Source of the DNA: an uncultured Candidatus Entotheonella sp.
GTDB lineage: Bacteria; Tectomicrobia; Entotheonellia; Entotheonellales; Entotheonellaceae
NCBI GenBank assembly: GCA_965215335.1
Contig: CBDCDA010000002.1
Span: 1,024,001 to 1,088,000, forward strand
DNA: 64,000 nt
Direction of reading: 5' to 3'
In this document: positions 52,786-60,551 of the stretch, in pieces
Numbering within the stretch: position 1 is the stretch's first letter
How the letters are laid out: the number at the start of each line of letters is the position of its first letter
Position numbers and translations under genes: made by a program
The notes under the pieces: model-generated
What the model was told of the DNA's origin: nothing
Databases searched by the model: none
The model's input: the letters and a program-made list of their open reading frames with translations, nothing else

Positions 52786-54600
52786 ATGACCAAGGTGCTG
52801 ATTGTCGATGCGGACCAGCGGCGTGCCGGGGCGTTATGCGCGATGCTGGCCGGCGAGGTGGACGAAACCCGGCGGGCCGCAAGCCCTGCCGAGGCGCGAC
52901 AGGCCTTACGGCAGGCGGCCTGTGACGTCCTCGTTGTCGCCTTGGGGACGACGCTGGAGCGGCTGGAAGAAGGGCTGACGCTGTGCGCACGGGTGAAACA
53001 GCGCACCCCCACGACCGTGATCATCCTGGTGGCGACCGACCCGGCCGCGAAAACCGTGTTGCAAACGCTGCGCGGCGGCATCGCCGATCACGTCGCCGCC
53101 GGCGACTCGATTCCCTCCCAGGTTCAAGTCTTGGTGCGGCGTCTGGTGCGCCGACAGGCGCAGCGGCAAGCGAAGATCGTCTGCACCATCGGACCGGCCA
53201 GCGATTCCCAGCACAGCTTGTCGCGGCTGATTGATGCCGGCATGGACGTTGCCCGGCTCAACTTTTCGCACGGCGATTGGGACTGGCACCGCATGGTGTG
53301 CGAGCGCATTCGCCGCCTTGCCGACCACGTCGCCATCATGGCCGACCTGCAAGGTCCCAAGCTGCGCATTGGCCACATGCAGAACGATACCGCCGTGTTC
53401 CTGGAGCGTGGCGCGACGTTTACGCTCACCTCACGGTCGGTGGCGGGATCGGAGACCATCGTGTCGCTCGACTACCCGGGCTTGCCGCGCGACGTTGTCG
53501 CCGGTGACGCCCTGTACCTCGATGACGGCCTGATCGAATTGCGCGTCACGGAAGTGCGCGACGACACCGACATCGTGTGCCAGGTGCTGACGGACGGGCG
53601 GCTGAGCAGCCGCAAGGGCATCCACGCGCCGCGCGCCATCCTGGGCATGCAGGTGCCGACCGCCAAGGACCGGCAGGATATCGAGTTGGCCGTTGAGCTG
53701 GACGTGGACTTTCTGGCGGTTTCCTTCGTCGCCGAGGCCGAAGACGTGCGTCAGGTGCGCGCCGCGGTGCAGCAGGCCGGGGCGGAAATGCCGCTCATCA
53801 GCAAGATCGAGCGCGAGATTGCCCTGGAGAATTTCAATCGCATTCTCGAGGTGTCGGACGGCATCATGGTGGCGCGCGGCGACCTGGCGGTGAACATCCC
53901 CGCCGAGGACGTGCCGCGGCACCAGAAAGCCATGATTCGCGCCTGCAACCAGCAGGGCAAGCCGGTGATCTGCGCCACCCAGATGCTGGAAAGCATGTGC
54001 GCCTACCCGCTGCCGACGCGCGCCGAAGTGAGCGATGTGTTCAACGCCATCCTGGACGGCGCCGACGCCGTCATGCTGTCAGCCGAAAGCGCCGCCGGCG
54101 ACTACCCTGTCGAAGCCGTCGGCATGATGGCGCGCATCGTGCGCAGCGCCGAACGCACCCTGCCGCAGTTCAATCCCGCCACCGAGAGCGTGCTGCCGGA
54201 TCAGACCCCGGCGATCATCAGCCACGGCATTTCGACGATGATCGAGCGCTTCAACCGGCACAGCGGCCACATCACCGCCATCCTGGCCGTCACCCGCTCC
54301 GGCCACACCGCCCGCATGCTGGCCCGTTACCGCCCCGGGGTGCCGATCATCGCCGCCACCAGCTCGCGCCGCGCGGCGCGCCAGTTCCTGCTGTCGCGCG
54401 GCGTCACGCCGATGCGCCTCGACGCCGAACTGCCCGACCCGACCGTCGCCCACGCCGCCATCACCCAGGCCGTGCGGGAACGCCTGCTCGCCGAGGACGA
54501 TACCGTGCTGGCCGTCTCCGGCTCGGGCTGGGCGCCGCGGTTCCACACCAACATTCTGGGCCTGTTCGCGGTGCGTGACATTCTGGACAGCCATTGCTAA
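52786..54600 (+). CDS. pyk: Pyruvate kinase with an N-terminal pseudo-receiver domain
   Basis: About 125-aa REC-like N-terminus, then KIVCTIGPAS, RLNFSHG, DLQGPK, MVARGDL, PTRAEVSD. Confidence 0.93.
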   Translation: MTKVLIVDADQRRAGALCAMLAGEVDETRRAASPAEARQALRQAACDVLVVALGTTLERLEEGLTLCARVKQRTPTTVIILVATDPAAKTVLQTLRGGIADHVAAGDSIPSQVQVLVRRLVRRQAQRQAKIVCTIGPASDSQHSLSRLIDAGMDVARLNFSHGDWDWHRMVCERIRRLADHVAIMADLQGPKLRIGHMQNDTAVFLERGATFTLTSRSVAGSETIVSLDYPGLPRDVVAGDALYLDDGLIELRVTEVRDDTDIVCQVLTDGRLSSRKGIHAPRAILGMQVPTAKDRQDIELAVELDVDFLAVSFVAEAEDVRQVRAAVQQAGAEMPLISKIEREIALENFNRILEVSDGIMVARGDLAVNIPAEDVPRHQKAMIRACNQQGKPVICATQMLESMCAYPLPTRAEVSDVFNAILDGADAVMLSAESAAGDYPVEAVGMMARIVRSAERTLPQFNPATESVLPDQTPAIISHGISTMIERFNRHSGHITAILAVTRSGHTARMLARYRPGVPIIAATSSRRAARQFLLSRGVTPMRLDAELPDPTVAHAAITQAVRERLLAEDDTVLAVSGSGWAPRFHTNILGLFAVRDILDSHC

Positions 54601-54612
54601 CATACGCGCCCC

Positions 54613-54633
54613 TTGCGTCACCCCTTGACGCAA
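54613..54633. promoter_or_regulatory. Perfect inverted repeat (operator or terminator-like)
   Basis: TTGCGTCA-N5-TGACGCAA just after the pyk stop. Confidence 0.35.
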
Positions 54634-54687
54634 TCCCACCTGACCGACCGCAGTACGACTATCCTCCCACCACCCAAGGAGGTGGCC

Positions 54688-54906
54688 GTGAGCGCGGAAT
54701 TCTGGGCCATTCTGGGCGTTGGCGTGGCGCTTGGTGGCCTGCACTGGCGCGTGTATGCGCGGCTGGATGCGCGCATACACGCCATAGACCGACGCATGAA
54801 CAAACGGTTTGACGCCGTGGACCAGCGCGTGAATGACCTGGACCGGCGCTTGGCGCGTATCGAGGGCTGGATTGCCGGGCGCTTTCGGGAAGACGTGAGC
54901 GCATGA
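54688..54906 (+). CDS. Small membrane-anchored coiled-coil protein
   Basis: AAGGAGG RBS and GTG start; hydrophobic N-terminus, heptad-like repeats, ends RLARIEG. Confidence 0.75.
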   Translation: MSAEFWAILGVGVALGGLHWRVYARLDARIHAIDRRMNKRFDAVDQRVNDLDRRLARIEGWIAGRFREDVSA

Positions 54907-54918
54907 AGGGAGCATGCC

Positions 54919-55728
54919 ATGGGAGTTCTGGATGGCAAAGTGGCCATCGTCACCGGCGCCGGACGCCTGCGCGGCATTGGCCGGGCGACGGCCGTGGCGC
55001 TGGCGGAAATGGGGGCCGACGTGGCCGTGACCGGCACCGGGCGGCATCCCGACACCTTTCCCGATGACGAGAAGGCGGTACATTGGCGTGACGTGCACAG
55101 CACGGTGGAGCAGGTCGCCGCGGCGGGCCGGCGCGGCCTGGCGCTCATCGGCGACGTCAGCAAGCCCGACGATGTGCAGGGCTTTGTGCGGCAGACACGC
55201 GCGGCATGGGGCCGGGTGGACCTCGTGGTCAACAACGCTGCGGTGGCGCGGGGTGAAGACCGCGTGCCGGTGGTGGAACTCAGCGAGGAACTGTTCCGGC
55301 GCGTTCTCGAGGTCAAGGTGGTCGGGTCGTTTCTCTTGTGCAAAGCCGTCATTCCGGTTCTGCTGGAGCAGAACGAGGGCGGCCGCATCATCAACGTTTC
55401 GTCGGTGGCGGGCAAGCGCGGCTCGGCCAGCACGTCGGCGTACTGCGCGTCCAATTTCGCCTTGCAGGGGTTCACGCAGTCGCTGGCGCAGGAACTGGCA
55501 CCGCACCGTATCAGCGTCAACGCCATTTGTCCGGGCATCATCGACACGGCCCGCATGGACGTTCTGGGGCGCGGCGAAACGTGGCAGCGCAACGTTGGCA
55601 CCGTGCCCATGCAGCGCGCCGCCAGCGACGAAGAAGTGGCCGGGCTGATCGCCTACCTGTGCACGCCGATTGCCGAATACATCACCGGGCAATCCATCAA
55701 CATCGACGGCGGCCGGGTCATGTGGTAA
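54919..55728 (+). CDS. SDR family oxidoreductase
   Basis: TGAG..RGIG, VNNAA, SS..GK, YCASN (Asn in place of the usual YxxxK Lys), ITGQ. Confidence 0.9.
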   Translation: MGVLDGKVAIVTGAGRLRGIGRATAVALAEMGADVAVTGTGRHPDTFPDDEKAVHWRDVHSTVEQVAAAGRRGLALIGDVSKPDDVQGFVRQTRAAWGRVDLVVNNAAVARGEDRVPVVELSEELFRRVLEVKVVGSFLLCKAVIPVLLEQNEGGRIINVSSVAGKRGSASTSAYCASNFALQGFTQSLAQELAPHRISVNAICPGIIDTARMDVLGRGETWQRNVGTVPMQRAASDEEVAGLIAYLCTPIAEYITGQSINIDGGRVMW

Positions 55729-57324
55729 TCAGGTGTTCCTCCTGTGGCGCCGCAGGAACCACATGAGCGGCATGACGGTCAGGCAGATCATGGCCAGCAC
55801 CAGGAAGCAGTCCTGATACGCCGCCACCATGCCCTGCTGCGCCAGATGGCGGCCCAACAGGGCCATGGCTTTCATCTCCGCCATGGCGCCCACCTCGCCC
55901 ACGCGGCTCATCAGGCTCCAGGCCGGCGTCAGCACGTCGTGCCAGGCCAGCGACGAAAATGCCTGCTGCTGGTCCAGGGCCACCGTGTGGTGCACCGAGC
56001 GGCGCTGCAGAACCGTGGTCATCAACGCCACGCCGAGGGTGCCGCCGAGACCGTGCTGAATGAGCGTCAGAATGCCCGATCCCATGCGTACCTTTTCGGG
56101 CGGCAGCAGGACGAGGGAGGCGGCGTTCATCGGCGTGAACACGAAGCCGATCGTGATGTAGCGCACCATGATCATCCACGTCACCCAGCCGATCGGCTGA
56201 TCCAGGGTCAGGAAAGAAAAGCTGTACGAGGCGAGGGCGAAGAGGGCCAGGCCGGTCCAGATGATGTAGCGCCGGTCGAGCTTGTCGGCCAGGCGACCGG
56301 CCAGCAGCGTGCTGATGCCCATGCTCAGGGCGCCGGGCAGTTGCACGAGACCCGCCTGTGCCGGCGTGTAGCCCATGAGGCGCTGCAGCAGGATGGTCTG
56401 CAGGAAGCCGGTGCCCCAGAAGGCCATGGCGACGCCGAGGCCCGCCAGCGAGATGGCGGCAAACGCCGGGTCTCGGTACAGGCCCACTTCCACCAGCGGT
56501 TCTTTCCTCCATAGTTCCAAAATGATAAAGGCCGCGAAAGCCAGCCCGCCGATGACGAACAGACGCTGAATGATCGGGGCGTCCCAGCCGAACCGGTGCC
56601 CCTGGCTCAGGGCGCTCAACAGGCAGACCAGAAACACCGACAGGCTGAGCAGGCCCGCCAGATCGAAGGATCGCTTGACCGATTCGCGGGTGTTCGGGAG
56701 CACCAGCGCGACCAGCAGCATGCCGAGGATACCCGGCACCACGTTGACCGAGAACACCACGCGCCAGCTCAGATACTCGGTCACGTAGCCGCCCAGCACT
56801 GGCCCGAAGGCGGGGCCGAACGACACGCCCAGGCCGTACAACCCCATGGCCAGACCGCGCTGCCGGGGCGGAAAGCTGCTGTTCAGAATCACCAGCGCCA
56901 TAGGCATGATCGGGCCGCTGCCGATGCCTTGCAGCACCCGGAACAGAATCAGCGAGGTGCTGCTCCAGGCGAAGCTGCACAGAGCCGAGCCGACGACGAA
57001 CACCAGCAGGCTGATCAGGAAGACGTTGCGATTGCCGATCCGGTTGCCCAGCCAGCCGACGGTGGGAATGAGCACGGCGCCGGCGATCATGTAGGCCGTG
57101 ACGATCCACTGCGCCTGGTCGATGTTGAGGCCGAACGCCGTCATGATGGGCGGTAGCGCGACGCTGACCGTAGCGCTGCTCATGACCACGATGAAGGCGC
57201 ACAGCATGACCGTGAGCGCTACCCACCACTTGTAGGATGGCCGCTCGGGGGTGATGGTGAACAGGTGGCGCCAGGCACCCTCGGAACGCTCGCGCATGGG
57301 CTCTGCGAGCTGCGGAGATGCCAT
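55729..57324 (-). CDS. DHA2 (EmrB-like) MFS efflux permease
   Basis: About 14 TM helices, QWIVTAY, FRVLQGIG, GP.LGGY, WR..F.VN. Confidence 0.92.
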   Translation of the reverse strand: MASPQLAEPMRERSEGAWRHLFTITPERPSYKWWVALTVMLCAFIVVMSSATVSVALPPIMTAFGLNIDQAQWIVTAYMIAGAVLIPTVGWLGNRIGNRNVFLISLLVFVVGSALCSFAWSSTSLILFRVLQGIGSGPIMPMALVILNSSFPPRQRGLAMGLYGLGVSFGPAFGPVLGGYVTEYLSWRVVFSVNVVPGILGMLLVALVLPNTRESVKRSFDLAGLLSLSVFLVCLLSALSQGHRFGWDAPIIQRLFVIGGLAFAAFIILELWRKEPLVEVGLYRDPAFAAISLAGLGVAMAFWGTGFLQTILLQRLMGYTPAQAGLVQLPGALSMGISTLLAGRLADKLDRRYIIWTGLALFALASYSFSFLTLDQPIGWVTWMIMVRYITIGFVFTPMNAASLVLLPPEKVRMGSGILTLIQHGLGGTLGVALMTTVLQRRSVHHTVALDQQQAFSSLAWHDVLTPAWSLMSRVGEVGAMAEMKAMALLGRHLAQQGMVAAYQDCFLVLAMICLTVMPLMWFLRRHRRNT

Positions 57325-57472
57325 TTGGCTCCTGATCCTTTCGGTGAGATGAGACGCTGAACTGGAGAAATGCTATAAGGAACAGCCCGCTTCGGGGAAC
57401 AGAGGCAGATTACACCGCAACAGGCATCGATGCAAAATGGACGTCAGCACGATGCACACAAAGGAGGCAGGC

Positions 57473-58207
57473 ATGCCGCAGACAAATCGCGTGAAGGCGG
57501 CCATGAAAGAGGGCCGCATGGCCTACGGCTACAACCTGGCTTTTCCGGCCCCGTGGGTGGTGGACATCCTCGGCAGGCAGCCCTTTGATTTCGTATGGCT
57601 CGATGGCGAGCACGGGCCGTTCGGGCTGGAGCAACTGGAGCACCTGTGCCGCGCTGCCGAGGCGGTGGGGGTGACGCCCATCGCGCGCGTGCCGGACGTC
57701 AAGGCGTCCACCATCCTGCGCTTCCTTGACCGCGGCATACAGGGCGTTCTCGGTCCCCATATCGCCACCGCCGCGGACGCCGAGGAACTGGTACGGTCCT
57801 GCTATTTCGGACCGCTCGGCGACCGCTCGTTCGGCGGCAACCGCGGCACCGATTACAACCAGGGCATCGACGACAAGGCGGCGTATTATCGGACTGCCAA
57901 CGATAACATGCTGGTCGGCGCCCTGCTGGAGGACGCCAGCGTCGTGGACAACCTCGACGCGATTCTGGCGGTGGACGGGATCGACTATTTCGGCATCGGA
58001 CCCAACGATTTCGCGCAGAGCCTGGGTTATCCGGGAGAGCCCGGCCACCCGCAGGTGCGGCAGGTCATGGCCGAGTTGATGGCGCGCATTCGCGGTGCCG
58101 GTCGACGCATGACGGAAGACGTCATGTCCGCCGTGTGGGTGAGCGGCTTGCTTGCCGAGGGCGCCCAGCGGTTTCTGGCGGATCAGTGCCCCGGAAAAGC
58201 TTGTTAG
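57473..58207 (+). CDS. HpcH/HpaI aldolase family protein
   Basis: LDGEHG, G.R..G, LE, GPND...SLG.PG. Confidence 0.9.
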   Translation: MPQTNRVKAAMKEGRMAYGYNLAFPAPWVVDILGRQPFDFVWLDGEHGPFGLEQLEHLCRAAEAVGVTPIARVPDVKASTILRFLDRGIQGVLGPHIATAADAEELVRSCYFGPLGDRSFGGNRGTDYNQGIDDKAAYYRTANDNMLVGALLEDASVVDNLDAILAVDGIDYFGIGPNDFAQSLGYPGEPGHPQVRQVMAELMARIRGAGRRMTEDVMSAVWVSGLLAEGAQRFLADQCPGKAC

Positions 58208-58217
58208 TCCGAGGCGC

Positions 58218-58246
58218 TTGACACCTCTTCAGCGCCCTGCTACAAG
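58218..58246 (+). promoter_or_regulatory. Candidate sigma70 promoter of the cold-shock gene
   Basis: TTGACA-N17-TACAAG with a TG extension. Confidence 0.5.
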
Positions 58247-58303
58247 GTGCCCGCTGGCCGGGAGACACCGGATTGACAACGTCGTGGAAGGAGGGCGGGG
58301 TTC

Positions 58304-58504
58304 ATGGCAGTCGGGAAGGTCAAGTGGTTTAACGATAAAAAAGGTTTCGGTTTCATCGAACAACCCAACGGGGAAGACATATTCGTCCATTTTTCGGTTA
58401 TTGAAGGCGACGGGTTCAAATCGCTCGACGAAGGCCAAGAGGTGGAATACGAGGTGGTTCAGGGGCCGAAGGGCTTGCAGGCCGCTCGCGTCGCCAAGCG
58501 GTGA
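58304..58504 (+). CDS. Cold-shock protein
   Basis: GKVKWFN.KKGFGFI, DIFVHFS. Confidence 0.96.
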   Translation: MAVGKVKWFNDKKGFGFIEQPNGEDIFVHFSVIEGDGFKSLDEGQEVEYEVVQGPKGLQAARVAKR

Positions 58505-58557
58505 TACGCTGACTTGCTGGCGCGGCCTCTGGCTGGCAGATTTGCCCCCGCCCACTG

Positions 58558-59124
58558 TCAGGCGGGAAGGGTTTCCAGCAAATCGAGGAACTGTTTCAGG
58601 ATTTTCCCCGTGGTTCCCCAGATCACGTGATCCTGATACTCAAAGAAAATACTCCGTACCTCACGTCCCTCAAAATCGCGGCGCTCCTCCCGGCGCGGCT
58701 TGTGCTGGCGCAGGAAACGCAGCGGCACTTCGACAATCGAGGCGGTCTCTCGCCGATCAACGATGAATGGATAGGGATACGGGATGGCGCCGACGAAGGG
58801 GCGCACCAAGTAGTTGCTGTTGCTGGTCAGCAGGTCGTCGAGCTGACCGAGTACCCGCACGTGTGCCGCTTGCAGGCCGATTTCCTCCTGGCTCTCGCGC
58901 AGGGCCGTTTGCCGCAGCGTACCGTCCTGGGTTTCGTAGCCGCCGCCCGGGAAGGACATCTGCCCGCGGTGATGCGGGACGGTGTCCGAACGTTTGGTGA
59001 AGATGACGCCATGGTCGCCGTTGTGGCGGTATAGCGGCAACAGCACGGCTGCCAGGCGGCGCCCCGGCACGGCAAGCTCCCGGCCGGGACGGGCTTCCAA
59101 CAGGCGTTGGATGCGTCCTTCCAT
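58558..59124 (-). CDS. CoA pyrophosphatase (Nudix, NudL-like)
   Basis: AAVLLPL, H.GQMSFPGG, ALRESQEEIGL, IWG.T. Confidence 0.92.
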   Translation of the reverse strand: MEGRIQRLLEARPGRELAVPGRRLAAVLLPLYRHNGDHGVIFTKRSDTVPHHRGQMSFPGGGYETQDGTLRQTALRESQEEIGLQAAHVRVLGQLDDLLTSNSNYLVRPFVGAIPYPYPFIVDRRETASIVEVPLRFLRQHKPRREERRDFEGREVRSIFFEYQDHVIWGTTGKILKQFLDLLETLPA

Positions 59125-59139
59125 GGGTGCCCGCCGCCG

Positions 59140-59511
59140 TCATTCCGTCGCTGGCGCGATGGCCATCACGGCGCGGCGATGCGTGCCGTCGCCGACTTTC
59201 TTGTCCTCATCGTGCGCCTCCACTTTGAAGCGCAGCTTGCGTCCGTCAACGTCCAGCAATTCGGCCCGCACCGTGACGCGCTTGCCCTTTGGCGTGGCGG
59301 CAAAGTGTTTTACGTTGACCTCGAAACCGACTGTCGTGTGCCCCTCCGGCAATAACGACTGCACCGCCTGAATGCCCGCCCGCTCCATCAAGCTGATCAT
59401 TGACGGCGTCGACAGCACGCCGTCTCCGCCCATGTGCCTGACCACCAGGCTGTCGTCAACCACGGTGGTGATTTCCGCCGATGCGCCCGGCTGCAGCTTG
59501 TCCAATGACAC
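59140..59511 (-). CDS. FlK-like hotdog thioesterase
   Basis: VLSTP.MI.LME, TVG..V.VKH.AATP, G.H.R. Confidence 0.88.
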   Translation of the reverse strand: MSLDKLQPGASAEITTVVDDSLVVRHMGGDGVLSTPSMISLMERAGIQAVQSLLPEGHTTVGFEVNVKHFAATPKGKRVTVRAELLDVDGRKLRFKVEAHDEDKKVGDGTHRRAVMAIAPATE

Positions 59512-59669
59512 GCGTGTTCCTCCGTCTTGTGGATGTGAGATCAGGGGGCGCCAGGATAGCATACTTGTCGGCGGGGGACGAAAAACGGCGCGATATCGTC
59601 ATCTCGCGATGTCATCGTGACCGCAGCAGGTGTCTCGTCGTCAAAATTCGCGCCAGAAAGCATTCTTTC

Positions 59670-59740
59670 GTCCCCGTCTGCAAACCCTCCGGCGTCGAAT
59701 GGCTCGACGATGTGCCGGCGCATTGGGAAAATCGCCGAGC
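59670..59740 (+). pseudogene. Type I restriction specificity subunit (HsdS) relic
   Basis: KPSGVEWLDDVPAHWE matches the HsdS conserved motif K.SG.EWLG..P..W; there is no continuation. Confidence 0.65.
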
Positions 59741-59744
59741 GCCC

Positions 59745-60125
59745 CTACTCATGGTAACGCACCCGGACGCGTTGGCTGAACCGGTTCCGCAGCCAGCGCT
59801 TCAGCGCCAGGCGGCTGCCAGGCACGAGCAGCAGCAGGCCGGCGACGTCGGTCAGTAAGCCCGGCGTCAGCAGCACAATGCCCGCCGCCAGAATCAGCAC
59901 GCCGTCGATCAGTTCCTCGTCCGGCATGATGCCCTGCACCATCTTCTCCTGAATGCGCCACAGCACCTTCAGCCCCTCCCGGTGTGCCAGGGAGGCACCC
60001 GCTACCGCGGTGAGCACGAGGATCGCCAACGTTGCCAGGGTGCCGATACGCGAGCCGATCTCAATCAGCAGGACGATTTCAGCCAGCGGCAGAGCAATGA
60101 ACAACACCAGCAATTTGACCAGCAT
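59745..60125 (-). CDS. fxsA: FxsA family membrane protein
   Basis: P..EI.LLI.IG..IG, LLTPGLLTD..G. Confidence 0.92.
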   Translation of the reverse strand: MLVKLLVLFIALPLAEIVLLIEIGSRIGTLATLAILVLTAVAGASLAHREGLKVLWRIQEKMVQGIMPDEELIDGVLILAAGIVLLTPGLLTDVAGLLLLVPGSRLALKRWLRNRFSQRVRVRYHE

Positions 60126-60234
60126 GCCAACCCCTTTCCCGCATGCCCGCCCAGTGTGAAAGCCCCGCTGCGGCACCGCGTCGGAACTCCGAAAACGCGA
60201 TTTCCAGGCGGACCAAACGCCGCTTCCATATCTG

Positions 60235-60263
60235 TTGACACTATATGCGGTATTCAGTAGCAT
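60235..60263 (+). promoter_or_regulatory. Near-consensus sigma70 promoter
   Basis: TTGACA-N17-TAGCAT. Confidence 0.65.
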
Positions 60264-60269
60264 GCCAAC

Positions 60270-60410
60270 ACTTGCACGTTTCCATTGGCTTGCCGCAGGA
60301 AGCGTCTTGCCGGATTGTGAGGCGGCTGAGGCGCGTCACGTCGTCCGCAGTAACCCCTAGGCTTCCTGGCCGTTCAGTCGGGTGCTGGCAGGTCGCCGGC
60401 ACCCCTTCTC
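60270..60410 (+). ncRNA. Candidate structured leader or small RNA, family unknown
   Basis: Nested stems CAGGAAGC/GCTTCCTG, CGGA/TCCG and GTGAGGCG/CGCGTCAC, then a 10-bp hairpin at 60380-60404. Confidence 0.35.
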
Positions 60411-60551
60411 ATATCTTGTCGTCACACCTATCGAATCATGAACCCTTGCGAACGTTTTCCAACCCTGGCGGAGCGCGTCTGATGTCCCATGACAGGTTGG
60501 CGATGGCATGACCGTACCCGTAGAAGTACGACTCATTCTGGGAGAGCACTC

